A stretch of DNA of 64,000 bases. Source: Candidatus Omnitrophota bacterium (lineage in GTDB: Bacteria; Omnitrophota; Gorgyraeia; Zapsychrales; Zapsychraceae). The notes under the pieces are model-generated. The model made no database searches, was not told the origin of the DNA, and worked only from the letters and a program-made list of their open reading frames with translations. Both the position numbers and the translations under genes were made by a program. The DNA is taken from the NCBI GenBank assembly GCA_029261065.1, contig JAJDCB010000030.1, positions 132,876-196,875 on the forward strand. Direction: 5' to 3'. Shown piece after piece: positions 9,957-19,670 of the stretch (position 1 is its first letter; each line of letters opens with the position of its first letter).

Positions 9957-10823
9957 ATGATGAAAATTTATTTAGATGGCAAATTAGTTGATCAAAGCGA
10001 AGCTAAGGTTTCTGTTTTTGATCATGGGTTTCTTTATGGTGATGGGGCTTTTGAAGGGATTCGTAGTTATAATAATCTCGTTTTTAAGTTAAAGGAACAT
10101 CTAGACAGACTTTATGAAACGGCGCACACCATGATGATTGATATTCCTTTAACAAAACAACAACTGTCAAAAGCGGTCATTGATACTCTTAAAGCCAACA
10201 AAATAAAAGATGGTTACATCCGTTTAATTGTTACGCGAGGGGTTGGCGATTTAGGATTAGATCCAACTAAATGTAAAGGGAGACCAAGCGTCATAATTAT
10301 TACTGATAAGATTACACTTTATCCTAAAGAGTTGTATAATAAGGGGATGGAAATCATTACCGTTCCTACAATGCGTAATAATCCAGAGGCTTTAAACCCG
10401 ATGTTAAAGTCTCTTAATTATCTAAATAATATTTTTGCCAAGATTGAAGCCAACAATTCAGGGGTGAGTGAGGCGATTATGTTAGATCATCAAGGGTACG
10501 TTGCTGAATGCACAGGAGATAATATTTTTATATTCAAGAACAAAATGTTATCCACGCCAAGTCAAGGTCGCCTTAAAGGCATCACGCGCGATGTCGTTTT
10601 AGGTATGGCTAAGAAGATAAAAACACCCACACAAGAATGTTTAATAACGCGTCATGAAGTTTATACGGCTGAGGAATGTTTTTTAACGGGAACAGCTGCA
10701 GAGATTATCCCTGTTGTTAAAGTGGATGGGCGCATAATAGGAACGGGCAAGCCGGGTGCGTTTACGAAAAAAATTATGAAGTTGTTTCATGAAGCGACGA
10801 ATAAGGATGGGGTTGGGTATTAA
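9957..10823 (+). CDS. ilvE: Branched-chain amino acid aminotransferase (PLP fold type IV; IlvE/Dat family)
   Basis: 'VFDHGFLYGDGAFEGIRSY' and 'LTGTAAEIIPVVKVDGRIIG' align with E. coli IlvE. Confidence 0.8.
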   Translation: MMKIYLDGKLVDQSEAKVSVFDHGFLYGDGAFEGIRSYNNLVFKLKEHLDRLYETAHTMMIDIPLTKQQLSKAVIDTLKANKIKDGYIRLIVTRGVGDLGLDPTKCKGRPSVIIITDKITLYPKELYNKGMEIITVPTMRNNPEALNPMLKSLNYLNNIFAKIEANNSGVSEAIMLDHQGYVAECTGDNIFIFKNKMLSTPSQGRLKGITRDVVLGMAKKIKTPTQECLITRHEVYTAEECFLTGTAAEIIPVVKVDGRIIGTGKPGAFTKKIMKLFHEATNKDGVGY

Positions 10824-10833
10824 ATTCAGCCTG

Positions 10834-10936
10834 TAATCCCCGCGTCAGCCAAAGGCTGATCAGCCTTTGGCTGAAAAGTAGGGAACCATTAATAATTAAA
10901 ACGACTTCGAAGTCCCCGCTTACGCAAGGATGACAT
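10834..10936. repeat. REP/MITE-like inverted-repeat element. It is a degenerate copy of the GTCATCCCCGCGAAAGCGGGGAT family, with a perfect 30-bp palindrome (10845..10874, tcagccaaaggctga|tcagcctttggctga) nested in the loop of the left hairpin.
   Basis: Left arm gtaatccccgcg-[30-bp palindrome]-aaagtagggaacc. Right arm gtccccgcttacgcaaggatgacat (10912..10936). Compare locus 19063..19152. Confidence 0.5.
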
Positions 10937-10968
10937 GAAGTTGAACATGCTGAAAACAAGGCATCATT

Positions 10969-11478
10969 ATGCAATGCGATATATGCGCTAAGAAAAAAGC
11001 AACCGTTCATTTAACAGAGATTGTTGATGAACAAATGTCTGAGATGCATTTGTGCGAGGAGTGTGCGCGCGAAAAAAGTTCTCAAATGGAACAGCAGTTT
11101 GGTTTGGCTGATTTGTTGGCTGGCTTAGGGGACTTTAGTAAACATGTTAAAAGCCCTGATACAACAACTTTACAATGTAATAATTGTGGCATGACCTATG
11201 ATGATTTTAGAAAGTTTGGTCGACTTGGTTGCAGTCAATGCTATGAAGCCTTTAAATCACATCTCTCGACCTTGCTTAAAAAGATTCATGGATCGAATCA
11301 TCATTTTGGTAAAACACCAACGCAGATTCCATCTTCTGAGAAGAAAAAGATTGAAAGTCTGCAAGATTTTAAAAATCAACTCCTCCAAGCTATTCAGATG
11401 GAAGATTTTGAAAAAGCGGCTGAGCTAAGAGACAAAATTCGTGGTTTTGAAAAAAAGAGTAAAGGTAAGAAAGAGTAA
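10969..11478 (+). CDS. mcsA: Protein-arginine kinase activator McsA (two zinc fingers plus a UvrB/C motif)
   Basis: Two CxxC...CxxC pairs ('CDICAKK...CEECA', 'CNNCGMTYDDF...CSQCY') and a UVR motif 'MEDFEKAAELRDKIRGFE'. It lies directly upstream of mcsB-clpC. Confidence 0.75.
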   Translation: MQCDICAKKKATVHLTEIVDEQMSEMHLCEECAREKSSQMEQQFGLADLLAGLGDFSKHVKSPDTTTLQCNNCGMTYDDFRKFGRLGCSQCYEAFKSHLSTLLKKIHGSNHHFGKTPTQIPSSEKKKIESLQDFKNQLLQAIQMEDFEKAAELRDKIRGFEKKSKGKKE

Positions 11479-11486
11479 TAATTGTT

Positions 11487-12539
11487 ATGGAAATTAACGA
11501 TTTAATAAACAATACAGGGCAATGGTTAAAAGGGACGGGAGAGTTCTCTAACATTGTTATGTCATCACGATTAAGATTGGCGCGTAATTTAGTTTTAAAA
11601 CCATTTCCAAATAAGGCGCGAAAGAAAGACTTAGTTGAGATATTAGAACTTATTGAAGGTGTATTGGGAGCTATGAATTATTTAAAAGGCTCTACTCTGT
11701 TTAAAATTGGCGATTTAGACAATGTTGATAAGCAGTTTTTAATTGAAAGACATTTGATGAGCCACGAGCACGCTACTAACCCAGATGGTAAGGCTCTTGT
11801 GGTTTCTAAGGAAGAAGTATTATCCATTATGATTAACGAAGAAGATCATTTACGTATTCAAGTTATGCAGTCTGGTTTAAATTTAGACGAAGCTCTTCAT
11901 ATTGCAAGTTCCATTGACGATGCCCTGTCAAAGAAGTTAGACTTTGCCTTCTCTATTCATTGGGGATATTTAACAGCGTGTCCGACAAATACAGGTACAG
12001 CCATGAGAGGTTCCGTTATGCTTCACCTTCCAGCCTTGGTTATGACCAAACAAATTAATAAAGTGTTGGCTGCCGTATCAAAATTAAGTTTTGCCTCAAG
12101 AGGTTTTTACGGGGAAGGGACGCAGGCGAGTGGTAATTTTTATCAAATTTCAAATCAAGTTTCACTTGGACAAAGCGAGACGGATGTTATTCAAAATATT
12201 AATGGTCTTATTCGACAAATTATCGAGCAGGAAGAACAAGCACGACAAGCGTTGTTGTTGCAAAACAAATTAATGGTTGAAGATAAAATTTATCGTTCTT
12301 TTGGGATTCTTCAAAATGCCCATGTCATCTCAAGTCAAGAAACAGTGGAATTGCTTTCGATGTTACGCTTAGGGATTGATTTAGGTATTATTAAAAATGT
12401 TGACCGAGGAGATATCAATGAGCTTTTTATTATGATTCAACCCGCTCATTTACAAAAGATTGAAACAAAAAAATTAACAGCAGCTGAACGAGATCGAAAA
12501 AGGGCAAGCCTTATTCGGCAAAAGATAGGAGGAAAATAA
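11487..12539 (+). CDS. mcsB: Protein-arginine kinase McsB (ATP:guanido phosphotransferase family)
   Basis: 350 aa with phosphagen-kinase C-domain motifs ('EEDHLRIQVMQSG', 'GYLTACPTNTGTAMRGSVMLHLPAL'). Confidence 0.85.
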   Translation: MEINDLINNTGQWLKGTGEFSNIVMSSRLRLARNLVLKPFPNKARKKDLVEILELIEGVLGAMNYLKGSTLFKIGDLDNVDKQFLIERHLMSHEHATNPDGKALVVSKEEVLSIMINEEDHLRIQVMQSGLNLDEALHIASSIDDALSKKLDFAFSIHWGYLTACPTNTGTAMRGSVMLHLPALVMTKQINKVLAAVSKLSFASRGFYGEGTQASGNFYQISNQVSLGQSETDVIQNINGLIRQIIEQEEQARQALLLQNKLMVEDKIYRSFGILQNAHVISSQETVELLSMLRLGIDLGIIKNVDRGDINELFIMIQPAHLQKIETKKLTAAERDRKRASLIRQKIGGK

Positions 12540-12542
12540 ATC

Positions 12543-14984
12543 ATGTTTAATCGATTTACAGAAAGAGCCAGAAAAGTAATCGTCTATGCTAAAGAAGAAG
12601 CTCGACGGTTTAATCATGATTATATCGGGACAGAACATTTGCTTTTAGGTTTGGTGCGAGAAGGCGAAGGGGTTGCGGCGGCTGTGTTACAAAAATTAGG
12701 ATTGGATTTAGAGGCGATAAGAATTGAAGTGGAAAAATTAGTTCAACCAGGTCCTCAAACACAAGTATTAGGAGATATTCCTTTTACTCCTCGATCAAAA
12801 AAGGCATTGGAACTTTCCGCGGAAGAGGCGCGTGCCTTAGGCCATAATTATATCGGAACGGAACATCTTCTTCTTGGTTTAGTTAAAGAGGGTGAAGGAA
12901 TGGCCTACCGTGTCTTGCTTAATCTTGGATTAGATTTAGGAAAGTTGCGTAATGAAGTTATGGAGCTATTAGGTTCTGGTATTCCAGGTTATGGGTCACA
13001 AGAACCTGTTAAGACAGATAAAACGCCAGCCATCGATGCTTATGGTCGTAATTTAAATAAGTATGCCAAAGATGGTAAGCTTGATCCTGTTATTGGACGA
13101 GCGGAAGAAATTGAACGTATTTTGCAAATCCTTTCTCGTCGAACAAAAAACAATCCTGTGCTTCTCGGAGAAGCAGGTGTTGGTAAAACGGCAATAGTTG
13201 AGGGGTTAGCTCAAAAGATCATTAATGGCGAGGTGCCAGAGCTATTACGAGAAAAAACAATTGTTGTTCTTGATTTAGCTTTGATGATTGCTGGAACGAA
13301 ATATCGTGGACAGTTTGAAGAACGTATCAAAGCGATCATGGATGAAATTAAACGAAATGGAAAAATCATTTTGTTTATTGATGAGTTACACACTCTTGTT
13401 GGTGCGGGTGCCGCTGAAGGAGCCATTGATGCGGCCAACATTTTAAAACCTGCCCTAGCCCGTGGAGAAGTTCAATGTATTGGGGCGACCACTTTAGATG
13501 AATATCGTAAACATATTGAAAAAGATGCCGCTTTAGAAAGACGTTTTCAAACGATTACGGTTGAGCAGCCATCTATTGATGAAGCCATTCAAATTCTAAA
13601 AGGTCTTCGAGATAAATATGAAGCCCATCATCGCGTTAAGTTTTCCGATGAAGCCCTAGATGCTGCTGTGAGACTTTCAGAGCGATACATCTCTGGACGA
13701 GCTTTGCCAGATAAAGCTGTTGATATCCTTGATGAGGCGGGTTCCCGCGCGCGTTTAAAAGCGATGGTTGTTCCTCCAGGGATGAAAGAGTTGGAAGAGG
13801 AGATTGAAAGTTTAAAGAAGGAAAAGGAATCTCATATCAAGAGTCAAGATTTTGAAAAAGCAGCTAAGATGCGAGATCTTGAACGAGAAAATCGTGACAA
13901 GCTTGAAAAAATTAAAAGCGAATGGTCTCAAGAAAGAGATAAGGTCACCTTAACTTTGGGTTATGAAGATATCGCACGTGTCGTTTCTCAATGGACCAAA
14001 ATTCCTTTAGTGCGTTTAGAAGAAAAAGAAACACAAAAGCTTCTTGAGATGGAAAAGCACATGCAAAAAGATGTGGTTGGTCAAGAAGAAGCTATTAGTG
14101 CGATAGCTCGTGCTGTTCGACGCTCTCGAGCTGGTATTAAAGATCCTAGTCGTCCGATTGGATCTTTTATTTTCTTAGGACCAACGGGTGTTGGTAAAAC
14201 ATTGTTGGCTCAAATGTTGGCTGAGTTTATGTTTGGGAGCAAAGATGCTCTTATTCAAATTGATATGTCAGAGTATATGGATAAGTTTAACGTCTCCCGC
14301 CTTATTGGTGCGCCACCTGGGTATGTTGGTTATGAAGAGGGTGGACAGTTAACCGAAAAAGTAAGACGGAAACCTTATTCTGTTGTTTTGTTGGATGAAA
14401 TTGAAAAAGCTCACCCAGATGTTTTTAATTTATTACTTCAAGTTTTTGAAGAAGGCCGTCTAACAGATAGTTTGGCGAGGAAAGTTGACTTTCGAAATAC
14501 AATTATCCTTATGACGTCAAATGTCGGGGCCAGTATGTTAAGAAAACAAGGGTCTTTGGGTTTTAAAGCTCAAACAGATACAGCTGTCACTTATGGCGAC
14601 ATGAAACTCCATTTGCTTGAAGAGGTTAAGAAAACATTTAAACCAGAGTTTCTCAATCGGGTTGATGAAATCATCGTATTTCAATCTTTAACGAAAGAGA
14701 ACTTACGAGACATTGTTAAACTAGAAATTCAGTCTGTCTTTAAGAGGTTAGAGGATAAAGAAATAACCATTCAGTTGTCGGATGACGCGTTAGAGCTGCT
14801 GATCGAAAAAGGATTTGATCCTGTTTACGGCGCTCGTCCTCTGAAAAGAACAATTCAACGGTTATTAGAAGATCCTTTAGCCGAAGAAATTATTTCCGGT
14901 GCGTTTAAAGAAGGAAGTAAAGTTAAGGCAGACCGTGATGGTGATCAAATAGTCTTTAAAGAGAAGAATGCCGCAGCTAAATGA
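12543..14984 (+). CDS. clpC: ATP-dependent Clp protease ATP-binding subunit ClpC
   Basis: 813 aa with Clp-N repeats, two AAA+ modules with Walker A 'GEAGVGKT' and 'GPTGVGKT', and a UVR motif between them ('[16 protein letters not shown]'). Confidence 0.95.
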   Translation: MFNRFTERARKVIVYAKEEARRFNHDYIGTEHLLLGLVREGEGVAAAVLQKLGLDLEAIRIEVEKLVQPGPQTQVLGDIPFTPRSKKALELSAEEARALGHNYIGTEHLLLGLVKEGEGMAYRVLLNLGLDLGKLRNEVMELLGSGIPGYGSQEPVKTDKTPAIDAYGRNLNKYAKDGKLDPVIGRAEEIERILQILSRRTKNNPVLLGEAGVGKTAIVEGLAQKIINGEVPELLREKTIVVLDLALMIAGTKYRGQFEERIKAIMDEIKRNGKIILFIDELHTLVGAGAAEGAIDAANILKPALARGEVQCIGATTLDEYRKHIEKDAALERRFQTITVEQPSIDEAIQILKGLRDKYEAHHRVKFSDEALDAAVRLSERYISGRALPDKAVDILDEAGSRARLKAMVVPPGMKELEEEIESLKKEKESHIKSQDFEKAAKMRDLERENRDKLEKIKSEWSQERDKVTLTLGYEDIARVVSQWTKIPLVRLEEKETQKLLEMEKHMQKDVVGQEEAISAIARAVRRSRAGIKDPSRPIGSFIFLGPTGVGKTLLAQMLAEFMFGSKDALIQIDMSEYMDKFNVSRLIGAPPGYVGYEEGGQLTEKVRRKPYSVVLLDEIEKAHPDVFNLLLQVFEEGRLTDSLARKVDFRNTIILMTSNVGASMLRKQGSLGFKAQTDTAVTYGDMKLHLLEEVKKTFKPEFLNRVDEIIVFQSLTKENLRDIVKLEIQSVFKRLEDKEITIQLSDDALELLIEKGFDPVYGARPLKRTIQRLLEDPLAEEIISGAFKEGSKVKADRDGDQIVFKEKNAAAK

Positions 14985-15949
14985 TTTTTCGTATTCTCAT
15001 TTTAGGTTTTCTTTATTTTACAGCATTTACTCGTGTCTGTGACGCGTTAGAAGTCTATCCTTTTAAGGGTAATATTGATTTTGAAAAAAGACAATTTCAA
15101 CTCTCAGTCGATCTTAAAGACGAGGGAACCTTTACAGCGCAATGTGATCAAACATCACCCAAAGATTTTCATCTCTCTCTAGATTTTGATCACTTTCAAA
15201 CCCCTCGATTTAATCTTACCAGTCGTATTGAAAGTTCATTGGAAATTGATATGAATGAGACCTTTGGCCTCAAGGGACAGGTGTGGAGTCAAAATTCTCT
15301 TTTAAATTTTAAACCTGTTCATGATTTAAAAGGAAAATTTGCACTTAAAGATAACAGATTAACCCTTCATTCTTTTAGTTTTGGGAATATGTCGTTAAAA
15401 GGTTTTATGGATGTGGTTAAGCCGTATAAGTTAGATGTGGGTGTAAAATTACTTTCCATGGAAATGGATGAATTTTTAGGTTTCTGGATTAAAGATAAAG
15501 ATTTTAATTCTTCAGGTGATGTTGTTGGCAATATTAAGGTTACCGGAAATCTAGGAAACATGCAGATGCGGGGAGATTTACAAAGTTTAAATGGGTTTGT
15601 TAAAAGATTGGAGTTTGATAGTATTCATCTCAATCTTGCAGGCATTTATCCTCATTTGGAAATTGATGATTCTACAATAACCAAAGCAGATGGTATGAGT
15701 TTTACAATTGCCGGGCCCATCGATTTGGATAATCGATCAAAATTAAAGAAACAAATTAAAGCGTTAAATATAGCTCCTCTTGTTGTGGTGAATGATACGC
15801 AAAAAGAATGGACGATAAAACGATCGAATGAAGATGAATTTGGTGGAAAGACAGAATTGAAATATTTGTTACGTAAGAGAGAAGACGCAATTTCTAAAGG
15901 TGATGAAGAGTCTGATATGCTTGGTGTGCAACGAACGGTTGAATTTTAA
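14981..15949 (+). CDS. Hypothetical secreted protein (signal peptide) lying between clpC and radA
   Basis: 322 aa with a hydrophobic N-terminus and an ATGA overlap with the clpC stop. No family was recognised. Confidence 0.5.
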   Translation: MIFRILILGFLYFTAFTRVCDALEVYPFKGNIDFEKRQFQLSVDLKDEGTFTAQCDQTSPKDFHLSLDFDHFQTPRFNLTSRIESSLEIDMNETFGLKGQVWSQNSLLNFKPVHDLKGKFALKDNRLTLHSFSFGNMSLKGFMDVVKPYKLDVGVKLLSMEMDEFLGFWIKDKDFNSSGDVVGNIKVTGNLGNMQMRGDLQSLNGFVKRLEFDSIHLNLAGIYPHLEIDDSTITKADGMSFTIAGPIDLDNRSKLKKQIKALNIAPLVVVNDTQKEWTIKRSNEDEFGGKTELKYLLRKREDAISKGDEESDMLGVQRTVEF

Positions 15950-15959
15950 GGAATAAATA

Positions 15960-17321
15960 ATGAAAACAAAGACCATATTTGTTTGTCAAGAATGCGGAAC
16001 AGAGTCTCCCCGATGGGTCGGAAAATGTTCTGGGTGTGAAAGTTGGAATTCTTATGTTGAGGAGCATACATCATCAACGTTAGAGAAAAAAGGCGGCGTT
16101 GTTTTTAAAGAAGATCCGGTATTGTTGTCTGATATTTCAGTAATCAATGAAAAACGATATACAACAGAAATATCAGAACTTGATCGTGTGCTTGGGGGTG
16201 GTGTGGTTCCTGATTCTGTGACACTCATTGGTGGGGATCCAGGAATTGGGAAATCTACATTGTCGTTGCAGATTGCTTGTCGACTGAGTGAAAAAAATTT
16301 TAAAGTTCTTTATGTGAGCGGTGAGGAGTCTGTTAAACAAACAAGTTTGCGGGCGCAACGGATTAGCGCTAATGAGAATAAATTTCTTTATATCGTTAAT
16401 CAAGTCGATATCAACGTGGTCATGAATTATATCCATAAGATGAAGCCTGATGTTGTTATCGTGGATTCCATTCAAGTTGTTTATAACCCTGAGATGTCAT
16501 CAACACCTGGGAGTGTTAGTCAGGTTAGAGAGTGTGCAGCCCTTTTAACTCAAATGGCTAAAACGCGAGGCATTGCGTTATTTATTATTGGTCATGTGAC
16601 TAAAGAAGGGACGCTCGCGGGTCCACGCGTTTTAGAACATATTGTCGATTGTGTTTTGTATTTTGAGGGAGAACGTTATTCGACTTATCGTGTTTTGCGT
16701 GCTACAAAAAACAGATTTGGATCGACTAATGAGATTGGTGTGTTTGAGATGACTTCTATGGGTTTGCAGGAAGTCGTTAATCCATCTGAAATTTTTTTAT
16801 CTGAAAGGCCTGAGAACGCATCAGGTTCTGTCGTGGTTCCTATTATGGAGGGAACGCGTCCCTTTCTTGTTGAGATTCAAGGGTTGGTTAGTCGTTCTAG
16901 TTTTGGTATTGCCCGACAAAAAGCACAAGGGTTTGATGCCAATCGCTTGGCTTTGCTGATTGCTGTCTTAGAAAAACGTATTGGGCTTAATTTACAGGAT
17001 AAGGATATCTTCTTAAATGTTGTAGGAGGGGTCAAGGTTATGGATCCGGCCGCAGATTTAGCTGTTGCTTTAGCCATCGCATCAGCTTTTCTAGATAAAA
17101 ATTTAAGTTTTGAAACGGTTGTGTTAGGTGAAGTAGGGTTATCAGCAGAAGTAAGAAGCGTTAGTCAGATTGCCTTACGTATTATGGAAGCGGATAAGTT
17201 AGGGTTTAAGAGGTGTATACTGCCAAAGAATAATTTAAAATCGAATGTTGATATACGCACCAAAAATATTGAAGTGATAGCCGTAGAGAATGTAAAGCAG
17301 GCCTTGGATTTGTTAAATTAA
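15960..17321 (+). CDS. radA: DNA repair protein RadA/Sms
   Basis: N-terminal C4 zinc finger 'CQECGTESPRWVGKCSGCESWN', RecA-like Walker A 'GGDPGIGKST', 'KNRFG' motif and a C-terminal Lon-like domain. Confidence 0.95.
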   Translation: MKTKTIFVCQECGTESPRWVGKCSGCESWNSYVEEHTSSTLEKKGGVVFKEDPVLLSDISVINEKRYTTEISELDRVLGGGVVPDSVTLIGGDPGIGKSTLSLQIACRLSEKNFKVLYVSGEESVKQTSLRAQRISANENKFLYIVNQVDINVVMNYIHKMKPDVVIVDSIQVVYNPEMSSTPGSVSQVRECAALLTQMAKTRGIALFIIGHVTKEGTLAGPRVLEHIVDCVLYFEGERYSTYRVLRATKNRFGSTNEIGVFEMTSMGLQEVVNPSEIFLSERPENASGSVVVPIMEGTRPFLVEIQGLVSRSSFGIARQKAQGFDANRLALLIAVLEKRIGLNLQDKDIFLNVVGGVKVMDPAADLAVALAIASAFLDKNLSFETVVLGEVGLSAEVRSVSQIALRIMEADKLGFKRCILPKNNLKSNVDIRTKNIEVIAVENVKQALDLLN

Positions 17322-17363
17322 AATGCGTGTGAGAATTAAGAGAAGTGTTTTTAGGAGATACTC

Positions 17364-18371
17364 ATGACCTTATCTTTTATTCGATCGTTCTTTGTTATTG
17401 TTAGTGGTGTCGTGGGATATTATGTCGGCACATTAATTGAGATTCAAAATCATATTGCAGGTTTAGAAGTTGCAACCATGGGTGCCATGGTTGGTTGTTT
17501 AGGGGCCTTGATTTTGATCTTACTTGAAATGCAATTGCGCAGTGTCTCTGTGCGTGGTCTTTCAAGTGTTGTGTTTGGTTTGTTGTTGGGTTTATTTATG
17601 GCCAAACTTATGTCTAGTATTCTTGGGCTACTGCCTTTGGATCCTTTTGTTGTGTCGATTTCTGAAATTGTCTTGATCTTGATTTTCTCCTATCTTGGAG
17701 CTGTTATGGCTATGCGAGGGAAGGATGAATTTAGTCTTATTATTCCTTATGTACGTTTTCGCCGGCAAGATACCAGGGAAGAAGATATTTTACTTGATAC
17801 GAGTGCCATCATTGATGGGCGTATCTATGATATTTATAGATCTCGTTTTCTTAACGGACGACTTGTGGTGCCAAAGTTTGTTCTTTCGGAGTTACAACAG
17901 TTAGGTGATTCCCAGAATGATATCAAACGGGAACGTGGCCGTCGTGGGATGGAGATGTTGCGTCATATGCAAGAAGATCCTAAGGTTGATATTCGTATTC
18001 AAGATAATGATGTTCTTGATGGGTTAGGCGCTGATGAAATGCTTGTGCGAACAGCGAAGATGATGGATGCTCGTGTGTGTACTACAGATTTTAATCTTGA
18101 TCGTGTCGCTGTCTTACAAGGTGTTGAAACGCTTAATATCAACGCTCTTGCCAGTGCTGTTAAGGCAGTTGTTCTTAATGGCGAGGTGTTAACGATTCGT
18201 TTGATTAAGGAAGGTAAAGAGTCTGATCAAGCGATTGGTTTTCTTGAGGATGGGACCATGGTTGTCGTTGGGCAAGCCCGAAGTTTGATTGGCCAAGTGG
18301 TTAGTGTGGCAGTGACATCTTTTTTACAAACACAGTCAGGAAAAATGGTATTTGCCAAAATTGTAAAATAA
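17364..18371 (+). CDS. Membrane-anchored PIN-domain plus TRAM-domain protein (YacL-like)
   Basis: It has N-terminal TM helices, a PIN-like core ('ILLDTSAIIDGRI...') and a C-terminal TRAM-like beta domain. It occupies the same position (radA-x-ispD) as B. subtilis yacL. Confidence 0.75.
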   Translation: MTLSFIRSFFVIVSGVVGYYVGTLIEIQNHIAGLEVATMGAMVGCLGALILILLEMQLRSVSVRGLSSVVFGLLLGLFMAKLMSSILGLLPLDPFVVSISEIVLILIFSYLGAVMAMRGKDEFSLIIPYVRFRRQDTREEDILLDTSAIIDGRIYDIYRSRFLNGRLVVPKFVLSELQQLGDSQNDIKRERGRRGMEMLRHMQEDPKVDIRIQDNDVLDGLGADEMLVRTAKMMDARVCTTDFNLDRVAVLQGVETLNINALASAVKAVVLNGEVLTIRLIKEGKESDQAIGFLEDGTMVVVGQARSLIGQVVSVAVTSFLQTQSGKMVFAKIVK

Positions 18372-18377
18372 ATCATT

Positions 18378-19058
18378 ATGAAAGTTCAAGCCATTATCCC
18401 GAGCGCTGGAACAGGGACGCGTTTAAAAGCATCGAAGCATAAACCATTTGTTGAAATCAATGGCGTCCCGTTAATTGCTTACACTTTAATAGCTTTTGAA
18501 GAAAGTAATTTGGTAAATTCTGTTATTGTTGTTGCTCATAAAGATGCGATTAAAGATATTGAAGATATTGTTGCTGATCAAAAGTTTAAGAAGGTGGCCC
18601 AGGTTGTTGAAGGTGGGGCAACACGTTGTGAGTCGGTTTTTTGTGGTTTAGCCCAAGTTGAGAAAGAAACAGATGTTGTTGTTGTTCATGACGGGGCGCG
18701 AGCGCTTGTGACACCTGAAATTATTGATGGTGCTGTTAGTTTGTGTGAAAGCCAAGGCTCAGTAGTTGTTGCTGTTCCGGTTAAGTCGACGATCAAACAG
18801 GTTGATCAAAAACAGTTAACAATTACCAAAACTTTGGATCGTGCATCACTCTGGGAGATTCAAACACCTCAGGTTTTTAAAAGAGATGTTCTCATAAAGG
18901 CGCATGAACAAAGTGTAGAAGCAACACCTACAGATGATGCGATGTTGGTTGAGATGATGGGAGAGACGGTTAAGATATTTCAAGGCGATTATCGTAATAT
19001 CAAAGTGACAACTCAAGAAGATCTTATTGTGGCGAAGGCGTTTTTGGATGCGAGATAA
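18378..19058 (+). CDS. ispD: 2-C-methyl-D-erythritol 4-phosphate cytidylyltransferase IspD
   Basis: 'AIIPSAGTGTRL' nucleotidyltransferase motif, 226 aa. Confidence 0.9.
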   Translation: MKVQAIIPSAGTGTRLKASKHKPFVEINGVPLIAYTLIAFEESNLVNSVIVVAHKDAIKDIEDIVADQKFKKVAQVVEGGATRCESVFCGLAQVEKETDVVVVHDGARALVTPEIIDGAVSLCESQGSVVVAVPVKSTIKQVDQKQLTITKTLDRASLWEIQTPQVFKRDVLIKAHEQSVEATPTDDAMLVEMMGETVKIFQGDYRNIKVTTQEDLIVAKAFLDAR

Positions 19059-19062
19059 CGAT

Positions 19063-19152
19063 GTCATCCCCGCGAAAGCGGGGATCCATGGGGTAAGGGG
19101 ATTAAGTAGTAGTATTATTATATTGAGGTCCCCGCTTCCGCGGGGATGACAT
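19063..19152. repeat. REP/MITE-like element made of two inverted copies of gtcatccccgcg(a/g)aagcgggga(t/c)c flanking an AT-rich spacer
   Basis: Left arm 19063..19087 (gtcatccccgcgaaagcggggatcc). Right arm 19127..19152 (ggtccccgcttccgcggggatgacat) is its reverse complement with two changes. Each arm is itself a hairpin (atccccgc-gaaa-gcggggat). Confidence 0.6.
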
Positions 19153-19175
19153 TATTTCTTTTATGGATTAAAATT

Positions 19176-19655
19176 ATGACACAACACCGCATAGGAATTG
19201 GTTACGATATTCACCGACTTGTAGAGGGGCGCAAGTTAATTCTCGGAGGCGTTGAGATTCCTTATGAAAAAGGTCTTGATGGGCACTCTGATGCAGATGT
19301 ATTGTTACACGCTATTTGTGATGCCATTTTAGGTGCGATGTGTAAGGGCGATATCGGCGAACATTTTCCTAATACGGACCCCGCTTACAAAGATATTTCA
19401 AGTATCGTATTGTTAGAGAAGGTGGGTGATCTTTTAAAAGAAGAAGGCTATTGCATTACCAACATCGATACCATGCTTCAAGCTGAAGAACCAAATATCA
19501 AATCATTTAAAGCGGCCATGAAAGAAAATATCGCCAAAGCGTTATCCTTAGATGTTGAGACCATCAACATCAAAGCCACCACACAAGAACGTTTAGGAGC
19601 TCTTGGTAACAAAGAAGGCATCGCCGCTTTTGCGAGTGTATTATTAATTAAATAA
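19176..19655 (+). CDS. ispF: 2-C-methyl-D-erythritol 2,4-cyclodiphosphate synthase IspF
   Basis: '[12 protein letters not shown]...[19 protein letters not shown]' matches IspF. The start was set at the internal ATG 19176 because the 19146 ATG lies inside the repeat element. Confidence 0.9.
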   Translation: MTQHRIGIGYDIHRLVEGRKLILGGVEIPYEKGLDGHSDADVLLHAICDAILGAMCKGDIGEHFPNTDPAYKDISSIVLLEKVGDLLKEEGYCITNIDTMLQAEEPNIKSFKAAMKENIAKALSLDVETINIKATTQERLGALGNKEGIAAFASVLLIK

Positions 19656-19670
19656 CATAGGACAAAGTAT

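Noticed and set aside
10824-10968. Search for a CtsR box (GGTCAAA-N3-GGTCAAA) or a CIRCE element upstream of mcsA-mcsB-clpC
   Set aside because: Neither motif is present. The spacer instead contains the REP-like element and the 30-bp palindrome.
19146-19175. Upstream ATG start for ispF at 19146
   Set aside because: That ATG lies inside the right arm of the repeat element. The protein alignment to IspF starts at MTQHRIG (19176).
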